Shown here: positions 30,017 through 38,040 of the stretch, piece after piece
Position numbering within the stretch: the first letter of the stretch is position 1
Layout: the number at the start of each line of letters is the position of its first letter
DNA from: an uncultured virus (IMG/VR IMGVR_UViG_3300035208_003294)
Lineage: Duplodnaviria; Heunggongvirae; Uroviricota; Caudoviricetes
Length of the DNA stretch: 64,000 nt
IMG/VR virus record: IMGVR_UViG_3300035208_003294
Reading direction: 5' to 3' (one strand)
Position numbers and translations under genes: made by a program
The notes under the pieces: model-generated
The model's input: the letters and a program-made list of their open reading frames with translations, nothing else
Database searches by the model: none
What the model was told of the DNA's origin: nothing

Positions 30017-30252
30017 TTTCGGCCCTCAACAATTATTCCAGCATCTTTTAGAAGAATCTTTAAGTCCTTCCCAGAGCTAGCATTATCCATAAGGATATAA
30101 CCCCCTCTATCGTAGCTATCGCCTTCTGGCTCCTTTTTAACGATGTCTGCAAAAGCATCCATGATACTCGCTTCCATAGCGACCTGCTTTTCATATAACG
30201 CCTTTAAACCTTCAAGTTGAAGGTACTCCATATAAGTAATCTTTGTAGCCAT
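30013..30252 (-). CDS. Hypothetical cassette gene
   Basis: AAAATG start right after a junction repeat. Confidence 0.7.
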   Translation of the reverse strand: MATKITYMEYLQLEGLKALYEKQVAMEASIMDAFADIVKKEPEGDSYDRGGYILMDNASSGKDLKILLKDAGIIVEGRK

Positions 30253-30340
30253 TTTGAACTTTATTTAATCGCCTCTTGTCTTTCTGTCTCAATCGTAGTC
30301 ATTGTTCAACGTGTTATATCCCCCCTGATGAAAGCGTTAA

Positions 30341-30425
30341 TGGTTATGGCTGGGAATCGAACCCAGCACATCTTGATAGACAGCGACCTTTTAAGGAAGC
30401 TCCGTTACCCATTCGGCACATAACC
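30341..30425 (-). tRNA. tRNA-like element, Leu(TAA)-like, atypical or degenerate
   Basis: GGTTATG/CATAACC acceptor, CCG-AATGGGTAA-CGG D arm, CTTAAAA loop, long variable arm, GCTGGG-TTCGATT-CCCAGC T arm; anticodon stem pairs poorly. Confidence 0.55.
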
Positions 30426-30454
30426 ATGCAAATCATTCGTATTTGATGAAAGCG

Positions 30455-30733
30455 TTATCCTTTATCCTCTTTATGCCCGTCGAGGGCACCTACTGGGCTT
30501 CCTGACTCTTTTGCTTTCTTCCAGTCGTGATACATAGAGCAGTCGGAGCAATCAAGATAACAAAGTTTCTCGCACTCCTGCTTTATTATCTTACAGATTC
30601 GGACCCGCTTAATAGTCCACATACGGGGCCCTCTTAATCCATGCTTTACCGCCCACTTCTCATCGTCCATGTTACTCTTTACTTCCTGTCTCAAGGGTTC
30701 CCCATTGTGAGGCCATAGCCTCGGCGATCCCAT
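30455..30733 (-). CDS. Small Cys-rich cassette gene (start probably 30670) ending KEDKG
   Basis: C..LC..DCSDC. Confidence 0.55.
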   Translation of the reverse strand: MGSPRLWPHNGEPLRQEVKSNMDDEKWAVKHGLRGPRMWTIKRVRICKIIKQECEKLCYLDCSDCSMYHDWKKAKESGSPVGALDGHKEDKG

Positions 30734-31244
30734 GGTAAGTTCTTGCCCGGTCCCTTGCCCGGTTCGGTCCGGGCGCCATTCTATGTACTCGATGTTCCCG
30801 GCCTTGAACTATGTTTGTCGGTGTGAGTAATGGAAGTCCTTTAAGCCATAGGCAGGTCGCTTTAGTCTCTCCATGCCCAAACATCCAAGGCTGAATAATC
30901 TGGTCGGGTTTCCGGTATATACGGGACATGATACCTATCGGATTTTCTATAAACATCTTAGGAATGGGGGCCTTTGTTATCTTTAGGAATGTTTCAATTG
31001 CGGCCTTCTGCTCTTCCTGCTTATATTTGAACCAACGAGCCCCCGAAACTGCAAGATGCGTACATTCCGGAAAGAAACCGCCTAAATCATACTTCTCTGC
31101 ATAAAGTATATCGAAAATATCTCCTTGATAATGCTTTCCGGGCTTCTCTGTCGGCAGGAGATCACACGAAATAACATCGTGTCCCATTCTCGTAAAGGCA
31201 TCCCTGCATTCTCCCGAACATTCAAACCCAAAGATTATTTTCAT
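30672..31244 (-). CDS. Phage-type C5 cytosine DNA methyltransferase-like protein
   Basis: FECSG..RDAF, SCDLLP, P.CTHLAVSGARW, IENP, GIAEAMASQW. Confidence 0.85.
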   Translation of the reverse strand: MKIIFGFECSGECRDAFTRMGHDVISCDLLPTEKPGKHYQGDIFDILYAEKYDLGGFFPECTHLAVSGARWFKYKQEEQKAAIETFLKITKAPIPKMFIENPIGIMSRIYRKPDQIIQPWMFGHGETKATCLWLKGLPLLTPTNIVQGREHRVHRMAPGPNRARDRARTYHGIAEAMASQWGTLETGSKE

Positions 31245-31247
31245 ACG

Positions 31248-31631
31248 TTAGCCCTCATCCTCTTGTCTTTTTGTCTCTTCTGACTTTAGCTTTTCTCGTA
31301 GTAGTCGGCAGGTTTCCATCAAATCAACAATCTTGGCGGCCTTCTCCACATTCATAAGTTTCAACTCCGATATTCTTTCAACAAGTTGCTTGTCCAATGC
31401 ACCCATACTCGTAATCGTTGATTCTCTCGCTTCTAAAGTCTCTTTTAGGTTTGCTATTTCCACATCTTGTTCTTTGTGGTCCGGGAAATAGTAGTTTTCC
31501 ATGCAGGACATAGAACAGAATATTTCTGTGTTTGGACCGTCTTCTTCTGGGGGTTCCCGGACTACGACCGTATCAACAGTAGAGCATATCCCCTTGCATT
31601 CTTTGCATTGAGAAATATACATGTTATCCAT
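31248..31631 (-). CDS. Zn-finger plus coiled-coil cassette gene ending ETKRQEDEG
   Basis: CKEC...FCSMSC. Confidence 0.7.
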   Translation of the reverse strand: MDNMYISQCKECKGICSTVDTVVVREPPEEDGPNTEIFCSMSCMENYYFPDHKEQDVEIANLKETLEARESTITSMGALDKQLVERISELKLMNVEKAAKIVDLMETCRLLREKLKSEETKRQEDEG

Positions 31632-31670
31632 TTTATTGAATCCTATTCTTTATCCTCTTGTCTTTCTGTC

Positions 31671-31949
31671 TCAAACGATTAGTTTTAAAACCCGTTCTCC
31701 TTTTGGAATTAGTACTCCTTCCATGTAACCAGTCGCTCTGTCTGCGCTATTTCTTAAGAACGATCCATAAATCGGATGAACTTTGCTTGAATATAGAACA
31801 ACACACGCAATACAGGGCAGAGCTTCCTCGCTTCCAGTAAGATAGTGTATGCCTGTTTGCTCCATAACCCTACGTATCTCTTGGACTATCCGTAACTGTT
31901 CTCTTTGTTCTTTGTTGAACCAACCCGTATAATCAATCCTAAAATTCAT
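31671..31949 (-). CDS. Hypothetical cassette gene (start MNFRID after AAGGAGG)
   Basis: Shine-Dalgarno-containing repeat upstream; stop overlaps the junction repeat. Confidence 0.65.
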   Translation of the reverse strand: MNFRIDYTGWFNKEQREQLRIVQEIRRVMEQTGIHYLTGSEEALPCIACVVLYSSKVHPIYGSFLRNSADRATGYMEGVLIPKGERVLKLIV

Positions 31950-32123
31950 CGTTTCATTCCCTCCTTTTTTCTTTTGATTTCTTGTTGTATTTGTTGAACG
32001 AACATTTCTCACAGCGATTAAGACACATTGGTTTCCCATCAGGGCTTAATCGAGTTCCACATCCCATTCTTTTAAACTTTTCGGTCATCGTTTATCAGCC
32101 TCTTTTCTTTCTGTCTCTTTCGA

Positions 32124-32435
32124 TTATCTCAACAATTCTGTAAGTTCGTCTGCTTCCTTGCACTGCCAAGAACGCAATTCATCTCTTCTTCTTTCAATCT
32201 TTTTCTTAAGTTCCTCATACTTACGAACTGTCGAATTTAATCCCGCTATCTCCTGGTCCTTCTCTTTGATTATACGCTCGTGTTTCTCATACGTTAATCC
32301 GATTATTACTGCACCATCATCCAGCAATCCCTTCCAGTTCTTTGCCTCGCCAAATATTACAGTACAAACCGGCTTTACAGAGTATCTAGGATTCTTTTCC
32401 TGGATAATGTCGTCCCCCTCTAGCTCTTTACTCAT
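32124..32435 (-). CDS. Hypothetical cassette gene with coiled coil
   Basis: AAAGGAGGGAATGAACGATG start context. Confidence 0.7.
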   Translation of the reverse strand: MSKELEGDDIIQEKNPRYSVKPVCTVIFGEAKNWKGLLDDGAVIIGLTYEKHERIIKEKDQEIAGLNSTVRKYEELKKKIERRRDELRSWQCKEADELTELLR

Positions 32436-32564
32436 CGTTCATTCCCTCCTTTATGCCCCTAATGTATTCACATCCACATAGACGACATTTTCCATTAATG
32501 TGTTCTACTTCTAAATGTCCGCAATTATCACAGTATTCCTGACCGTTTTTCCAGTAAGTCCTAG

Positions 32565-32747
32565 TCATCCTTTACCCTCTGTCTCATTTGATTCTTTTAT
32601 TTCCTTGAGAACTCTGCGACTGATCCATCTTTCTGAAATAATCACTTCTTTATTTATCTGTGAAGATTCCGCAGTATCCTTATCGACACAAATAGCATGT
32701 TCTTTTAAGACCTTCTCTATTGCCGCTTTAACCTGTTCTTCATCCAT
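32565..32747 (-). CDS. Small cassette gene ending ETEGKG
   Basis: Same start repeat; degenerate junction repeat at the 3' end. Confidence 0.6.
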   Translation of the reverse strand: MDEEQVKAAIEKVLKEHAICVDKDTAESSQINKEVIISERWISRRVLKEIKESNETEGKG

Positions 32748-32772
32748 CGTTCATTCCCTCCTTTTTGCCTCT

Positions 32773-33102
32773 TTACCACGATATGATACATAGCTCTATA
32801 TGTTCGAACTCAAAGAATGATACGTCTTTTACTCGTCTTTGTATTCGTTCCATTGTCTCTAAGTTCTCAATCTCAACAAACAAAGGATCGCTTTCTCGCC
32901 AAGATTTTAACTTCTTAAGTCGTTCTTCGCCATGCAATAAACGTCTAACTGTGTTGCTCTTTATTCCTGATTTTTCCTTTAGAAAGTAACCGGGCCAACT
33001 CTTAAAACGAACAATAGGTTTTTCAGGGGGCAAGCCGCCGCACTCTAAGCAACTTCCAGTTATTACGTCAACAACCCTACCATGCTTCCAACAAGTTTCC
33101 AT
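32773..33102 (-). CDS. ASCH/PUA-like (DUF3850-like) protein
   Basis: FKSWPGYF....SGIKSNTVR. Confidence 0.55.
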   Translation of the reverse strand: METCWKHGRVVDVITGSCLECGGLPPEKPIVRFKSWPGYFLKEKSGIKSNTVRRLLHGEERLKKLKSWRESDPLFVEIENLETMERIQRRVKDVSFFEFEHIELCIISW

Positions 33103-33154
33103 TTTTGAATCTTATTTAATCTTCTCTTTGCAATCTGTCTCAAATGTAAATAGA

Positions 33155-33256
33155 TGACGCCGCCCCGATTTGAACGGGGGCCTCGAGGAACTCGGCAATC
33201 GTAGAATGACAAACAATTACTTTTGCCTCGATACTACCCGACTATACTACGGCATC
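33155..33256 (-). tRNA. tRNA-like element with an expanded anticodon arm (possible intron; identity unresolved)
   Basis: GATGCCG/CGGCGTC acceptor plus A73, TA-GTAT-AGTCGGGTA-GTAT D arm, CCCCG-TTCAAAT-CGGGG T arm; 35 nt between the anticodon-stem strands. Confidence 0.65.
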
Positions 33257-33257
33257 G

Positions 33258-33545
33258 TTAATATCCTTTTCTTCCGTGAATTGCCCTATCAAATTTGACA
33301 TCTGAGCAATCCTTTATTGCGGATAGAATCCTATTAAATGCTGCCCATCCCCTTGTGTAACAATCGTTCATGCTCATGTCCTTCGTCTCGAAAACCACAA
33401 GGTGTTTGTAGATTGATGTTCCTCTATCTGCACCAGGGTTTTGCGTGATCTCAAACAACACACTACAACCGTCTGAGTGTTCGCACATCTCTACATAGTA
33501 GAGCTTTTCGAAGGCATCGAATTGCCTGCTTTTAAGAATTGTCAT
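33258..33545 (-). CDS. Hypothetical protein
   Basis: AAAATG start. Confidence 0.65.
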   Translation of the reverse strand: MTILKSRQFDAFEKLYYVEMCEHSDGCSVLFEITQNPGADRGTSIYKHLVVFETKDMSMNDCYTRGWAAFNRILSAIKDCSDVKFDRAIHGRKGY

Positions 33546-33563
33546 TTTATTTTATAGAATTTT

Positions 33564-33854
33564 TTATAGCCAGATTGGCCATTGTGATTTGAATCCTGCA
33601 ACATAAGAGGCTATAAATGGAAGCTCGGGAATTACTTCCTTTCTTCCGAATAGCTGAGCATAGAGTTCAAAGCATTTGGCGTACATCCACATTGACTGCA
33701 TCTTATATACATTGTCTGATGCCAATTCATTTAAGGAACGCATTTCATCAATGTATGTCTTTGGACTCCAAATCTTGAATTGCTTTTCCATCTTAAATCT
33801 CTCCATTCTCGAAAGCCTTTTTATGCTCTTCGCAGAAGTGTCGGTTGTTCTCAT
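33564..33854 (-). CDS. Hypothetical protein (start probably 33791)
   Basis: ORF in operon. Confidence 0.55.
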   Translation of the reverse strand: MRTTDTSAKSIKRLSRMERFKMEKQFKIWSPKTYIDEMRSLNELASDNVYKMQSMWMYAKCFELYAQLFGRKEVIPELPFIASYVAGFKSQWPIWL

Positions 33855-33984
33855 CTGTCGGCTCTTCTAGATTGGCGCATGCTTTCTTATAGTGATAACT
33901 CCCATCTGGAGTGACTCTCCATCTGTACCATAGGCGTTGGAAGTTCACTACTGCCGCTTTATCGCACTTATCGCATTTGATCAT
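33793..33984 (-). CDS. Small Zn-finger protein
   Basis: CDKC...FCEEH. Confidence 0.65.
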   Translation of the reverse strand: MIKCDKCDKAAVVNFQRLWYRWRVTPDGSYHYKKACANLEEPTDENNRHFCEEHKKAFENGEI

Positions 33985-34018
33985 CTTATATCAAAAAAGA
34001 AAAAAGAAGGCAAATGCC

Positions 34019-35581
34019 TTATATCTCCATCCCCGGCGGTATCTTACCAGCTATCGAGGTTCTGCTTAGCATCTCCTTGACCATCTCGTCCTTCTTCTTG
34101 GAAGTCAGTGGTCCGGTGTCGAGCTTGCCTGGGAGCTCCTTAAGCTGCGGCATCGTGTAGAGGTCAAGGTACTTGGCATCTATGCTGTAGTCCTTCGTCA
34201 TGTCTACGTTTATGTCCTTCGCCAGAAGCTCCAGTTCATCGACTGTCAATTCAGACATCTTGAACTTAAGCTCTTCTTCTCTCAAGGCAAAGAGCTTGTT
34301 CGCAGGAAGTTCCATAAGCACTTTGAAAAGTGACTTATTGCTGGAATTCTCTGCGATTTTCGTCTTAACTTCAGAGGCCCTCGTGGCACCGCTTGACTTT
34401 ATGATGTTAAAGACGCTCAAGACCTCTCGTGCGTGGAGATACTCCGTATCCCACTTGTCGCTCTTTGACCTGCAGATACCCAGAAGAATCGGTGCCTTGT
34501 ATTCCTTTATCCTAACCAGGAGCTTCTTATCAGCTTCCTCTTTGGTCATCTCCTTCTTCTCGGCTTTGCCTTCCTTGGAAGCCGGATCAGTTGGAGCTTT
34601 ATCGTCTTTCTTGGAACTATCTGCTGTCTTAGCCGGAGCTGTTTTGTCCTTTAGCTTGAAGAAAGTCTGATGGCACACTCCGCCGACGATCTTCATCTCG
34701 AGTGCATACTTGGCTCCGTTAGCCATCATGTCCTGCCTTGCTGCTTGTATCTCGCTTGGCTGCAGGACATCGTAATCCTGAACCTTCAGTTCGGACCGGT
34801 CATCGACTGCTATGACGTTGATGCCCTTTAGACCTGCTTTGATGGCATTGATCGCTGCGACCTGCTTCTTGATGAAACATGGGGCGTTAAAGCACTTACC
34901 CTTTACTCCGTCAAGAGTGGCTTGCTTTCCGCCGTTATCCTTGCAGGATTCGCACTCGTCCTTCTTGAACATGGCATTCGCCAGTTCAATGCTGCCTTCC
35001 TTGACTCTATATTGAAGCTCAGAAACGCTCATGCCTTCCTTGACCGCTTTGTCAAGTAGTTCGAGCTTCTTCTTTGGATCAGAGACTTCTATTAGCGCAA
35101 GGCCATGACCTAGCTTTATCTTGTCAGACCTCACAGCTTCTACGACTTCCGGACCGGCCTGGAGCAGCGTAAGCCTGCGCTCTACCCAATCGACGTCCTT
35201 TGAGAGTTCATTGGCTATCCTCTTTGTGGTCCACTTGTATTCGTCGATGTATTTCTTGCATGCTTCCGCTTCATCAACGGGATTCATGTCTTCCCTTTGG
35301 ATGTTCTCTATCAGCTGCAGAGTGAGGATCTTGGCTGCGTCTCTTTCCTGGGTGTCCGTTATCTTTATCTCGGACCTTCCAAGAGCCTTTAAAGCCCGGT
35401 ATCTGCGCTCTCCCTTGACAAGACGGAATCGTCCATTCTCCAACGGAATGACCGTTACCGCGTCCTGCTGGCCGTGGAGCTTGATGGATTCCGCCATCTC
35501 GTTCTGTCCTTTCTCGTCGAACTGCTTCCTCGGGTTATAGACTACGTCTATTAACCCAATGTCAACCACTTGTTCTGTCAT
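34019..35581 (-). CDS. parB: ParB/Spo0J-family protein with PRTRC-type Cys cluster
   Basis: NPRK.F, GERRYRA, LIENIQREDMNPVDEA, HTH, then C..C..N...Q..L....KCFN..CF..K. Confidence 0.9.
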   Translation of the reverse strand: MTEQVVDIGLIDVVYNPRKQFDEKGQNEMAESIKLHGQQDAVTVIPLENGRFRLVKGERRYRALKALGRSEIKITDTQERDAAKILTLQLIENIQREDMNPVDEAEACKKYIDEYKWTTKRIANELSKDVDWVERRLTLLQAGPEVVEAVRSDKIKLGHGLALIEVSDPKKKLELLDKAVKEGMSVSELQYRVKEGSIELANAMFKKDECESCKDNGGKQATLDGVKGKCFNAPCFIKKQVAAINAIKAGLKGINVIAVDDRSELKVQDYDVLQPSEIQAARQDMMANGAKYALEMKIVGGVCHQTFFKLKDKTAPAKTADSSKKDDKAPTDPASKEGKAEKKEMTKEEADKKLLVRIKEYKAPILLGICRSKSDKWDTEYLHAREVLSVFNIIKSSGATRASEVKTKIAENSSNKSLFKVLMELPANKLFALREEELKFKMSELTVDELELLAKDINVDMTKDYSIDAKYLDLYTMPQLKELPGKLDTGPLTSKKKDEMVKEMLSRTSIAGKIPPGMEI

Positions 35582-35586
35582 TTTAT

Positions 35587-35835
35587 TTATTCCTCAATTG
35601 AGTCGGATTCTATATGAAAATCGTTTGGATTCCTTGGCGTATAAATGCTTTGCTTCTTACGATCTCCAACATTGATACAACTGCCATAGATTCTTTTTGA
35701 CTTATGTTCAAAGGAATCCATTGGAAGCAGATAATAAGTGATCTGCAGATACTTTCCGTGCTTCAAGCTTATTGAATCGGAAAGTAATATCCCATCATCC
35801 GGGGCTATCTCCAACGGTGAATCCAAGCCCTGCAT
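35587..35835 (-). CDS. Hypothetical protein
   Basis: Coupled ORF. Confidence 0.55.
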   Translation of the reverse strand: MQGLDSPLEIAPDDGILLSDSISLKHGKYLQITYYLLPMDSFEHKSKRIYGSCINVGDRKKQSIYTPRNPNDFHIESDSIEE

Positions 35836-35836
35836 A

Positions 35837-36076
35837 TCATAACCTCTTGTTGAGCTTTCCGCATGAATGCTTACGCATAGCGCGAACCTTATCCCTTGTG
35901 TGAGTGATTAAGTCGCCCAAGAGAACCCATTCATCGTCGGATAAACTCCTCGATCTTATCTCGTTGTTTATTCTCTGAAAACCAGCCTCTACAAGAGCTA
36001 TCGATTCAGGTAAAGTATCTGTCATCTTAACCTCTCTCCAAGATCGATCCTTATTATCGGAGTATCCTTGCTCCAA
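35837..36076 (-). CDS. Hypothetical protein (start probably 36025)
   Basis: Coupled ORF. Confidence 0.5.
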   Translation of the reverse strand: MEQGYSDNKDRSWREVKMTDTLPESIALVEAGFQRINNEIRSRSLSDDEWVLLGDLITHTRDKVRAMRKHSCGKLNKRL

Positions 36077-36273
36077 GGAATCTCCTTGTGCTTTCTTTTA
36101 AGCGCATGTATCTGTCCGTCGCTCAAAGTGTTGATCCTCTCTATCTTGAATGCAGCTACCCGTCCATTCTCATCTACAAGTTCAAAGTCTTCCAATTGAC
36201 GGAACTCGCATTTCTTCTTTCCTGATAAGACATCATCCAAGTAATTGGATTTAATCTTTGCTGAAAGTCTCAT
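36022..36273 (-). CDS. ASCH/PUA-like domain protein
   Basis: KIKSNYLDDVLSGKKKCEFR. Confidence 0.7.
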   Translation of the reverse strand: MRLSAKIKSNYLDDVLSGKKKCEFRQLEDFELVDENGRVAAFKIERINTLSDGQIHALKRKHKEIPWSKDTPIIRIDLGERLR

Positions 36274-36274
36274 T

Positions 36275-36535
36275 TTAATCGGTACTAATAATACGATCAG
36301 TATTCCACTCTTGGGGTTTCTTATATTTTGCTCTTTCTGAATCTTCTTCTATCTCCAACATTATAAACACTTTACACCCCTTCGTTGGACAATGATAATG
36401 TGCTAGAGATCCTCCTACGGTTCCTCCATGAAATGTTGAAGATGCATACCTACGCAATTGTACTTTATGCTCTTCACAAAAAACGAATGCGTCCCTTGGT
36501 TGACCTTTTAAACCATTAACATTTGAGCGATTCAT
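36275..36535 (-). CDS. Small Zn-binding protein
   Basis: CEEH...CPTKGC. Confidence 0.6.
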   Translation of the reverse strand: MNRSNVNGLKGQPRDAFVFCEEHKVQLRRYASSTFHGGTVGGSLAHYHCPTKGCKVFIMLEIEEDSERAKYKKPQEWNTDRIISTD

Positions 36536-36807
36536 TTTCTTTGGTAAAATCCTTTAAAATCCTCATCTGAATCGAGTCCTTTCGATGACTTATAGCAACT
36601 CACTTCTGAGTCGATAATGTTGATTATCTCTTCTCTTGTAAGTTCCTTTCCACAAATATTGCACACGCCTTGATCATTACTGCATCTACCACATATCTTT
36701 TGTAGACAACTTCCTGCGTCTTTGCTTCCACATTGTGTACACTTAAATTCGCAAAGAAGTGAACTTCTTGGTCCTTTTTGACAACCGCATTCTAAATCAG
36801 GTTTCAT
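36532..36807 (-). CDS. Cys-rich Zn-finger protein
   Basis: Three CxxC pairs. Confidence 0.65.
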   Translation of the reverse strand: MKPDLECGCQKGPRSSLLCEFKCTQCGSKDAGSCLQKICGRCSNDQGVCNICGKELTREEIINIIDSEVSCYKSSKGLDSDEDFKGFYQRK

Positions 36808-36940
36808 TTTCGTTCCTCAAGCTTTACTTCATACTGGCAGACCTTGCATCTGCCTCTCCAATCCTGTGTGGACTCGTAAACTTGTTTACCGCAACGGGTG
36901 CATGATCGAACCAAGTCGATACAAATTCTTTTATCTCCTT

Positions 36941-37843
36941 TCATCGTAGCAATTCAAGTTGTTCCATCACTTCCTTGTACTCAGGAGTCTCAGTTCCATT
37001 GTGATAACCAGTCCTGTAGTAATTGGCTTTATTTTCCCAGTAGAGCTTCTGCCACTCATTGTCGTTCCACAAGGACAATGCTTCTTCGTACTGCACTACA
37101 AGAACGACAATTCTATCAAGAACATTCGCTCGTATCTTCACTATGTTCTTGTGGTAGTAGTCCAGCAGTTCTTTCCTTGTTGGGGCGTCTCTGATGGTCA
37201 ACCTTATTCGTGCATTATCGTCATGCACTTTCCAACCACACGCTTTATCGAGCTTTGTTAAGTTGTCAGGGAATATGGTTTTGCCTGCGATAATCAGAGA
37301 AAACTTATTAATCGGTTTATCGTTCTCTATGACGAAAGCGCATATCTTAGCGTACTTATCATCTCTAAGAATGTTGAAAGGCTCGATGTAGTGTTTGATC
37401 TTCTCGGTCATGGGCCAGTTACCATTTGCATCCTTATAGTTTCTGACCTCTTTGCCTTCGGCATCAAGAGGATAACCATACGTGTAAATACCAAATACGA
37501 GATTTCTATCCTCCCTCCTGGAGATATCGAATAATTTAAAGAGTAAATTTGCTTCCTCACTCACGGACTTTGAATAAGTCCTAGCGTTCTCGAACTCCAA
37601 GAGTTTTGCTTCTTTGATCTTTTTGAGTTCTGTTAAAGCAGCATACTTCGCATCAATGATGGCGCGTTCTTTATTCCTGAAATCATCTTCACGCCTGTCA
37701 TAAGCTGCTATGAAGCCCTTAAGCCATTCTTCTTCTTCGGCGTATTTTGCGTCAATGTTTGCCTTCGCTTCCATGTAATCTTTTGCGGTTATCATTTTTC
37801 CTCCATGTAAAAATTCCATATACTGCAAAGACAGAATTGACAA
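36941..37843 (-). CDS. Hypothetical protein with N-terminal coiled coil (start probably at MITAK)
   Basis: About 285 aa ORF. Confidence 0.75.
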   Translation of the reverse strand: MSILSLQYMEFLHGGKMITAKDYMEAKANIDAKYAEEEEWLKGFIAAYDRREDDFRNKERAIIDAKYAALTELKKIKEAKLLEFENARTYSKSVSEEANLLFKLFDISRREDRNLVFGIYTYGYPLDAEGKEVRNYKDANGNWPMTEKIKHYIEPFNILRDDKYAKICAFVIENDKPINKFSLIIAGKTIFPDNLTKLDKACGWKVHDDNARIRLTIRDAPTRKELLDYYHKNIVKIRANVLDRIVVLVVQYEEALSLWNDNEWQKLYWENKANYYRTGYHNGTETPEYKEVMEQLELLR

Positions 37844-37997
37844 TTGCTATAAGAAAAACATAAAGCTGTCCGGAGAAGCCAGAATAGAGAAGCATGCAGA
37901 CATTGGCAAGAAGCCAGAAATAGAATCCTTCAATCTTCTGTTGAGCGTTCAAGAAACTTCCAACGATCGTCGTAAATAGGGCAAGTAAGCTAAGCAT
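37752..37997 (-). CDS. Small PnuC-like membrane protein
   Basis: G..LNA....GFYFWL.AN...A.YG...W. Confidence 0.65.
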   Translation of the reverse strand: MLSLLALFTTIVGSFLNAQQKIEGFYFWLLANVCMLLYSGFSGQLYVFLIAIVNSVFAVYGIFTWRKNDNRKRLHGSEGKH

Positions 37998-38040
37998 GTT
38001 GTATCACCTGACATTCTGGGGCGGAAAGGCAGCTATTAAA

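Larger units (their letters stand above)
28960..33141 (-). repeat. Dispersed gene-junction repeat, minus-strand consensus GAGACAG(G/A)AAG(T/A)(A/C)AAGAGG
   Basis: Copies at 28960-28978, 29682-29700, 30272-30290, 30675-30692, 31259-31277, 31654-31672, 32099-32117; degenerate at 32565-32585 and 33121-33141; half copies at 29351-29367 and 30455-30471. Confidence 0.9.

Noticed and set aside
28453..30457. Hammerhead ribozymes suggested by CTGATGA
   Set aside because: No stem II followed by GAAA and no stem I/III pairing could be built; the motif is also antisense to the local transcription direction
28960..33141. CRISPR array
   Set aside because: Repeats are degenerate and separated by hundreds of bases of coding sequence, not 30-40 nt spacers; no cas genes seen
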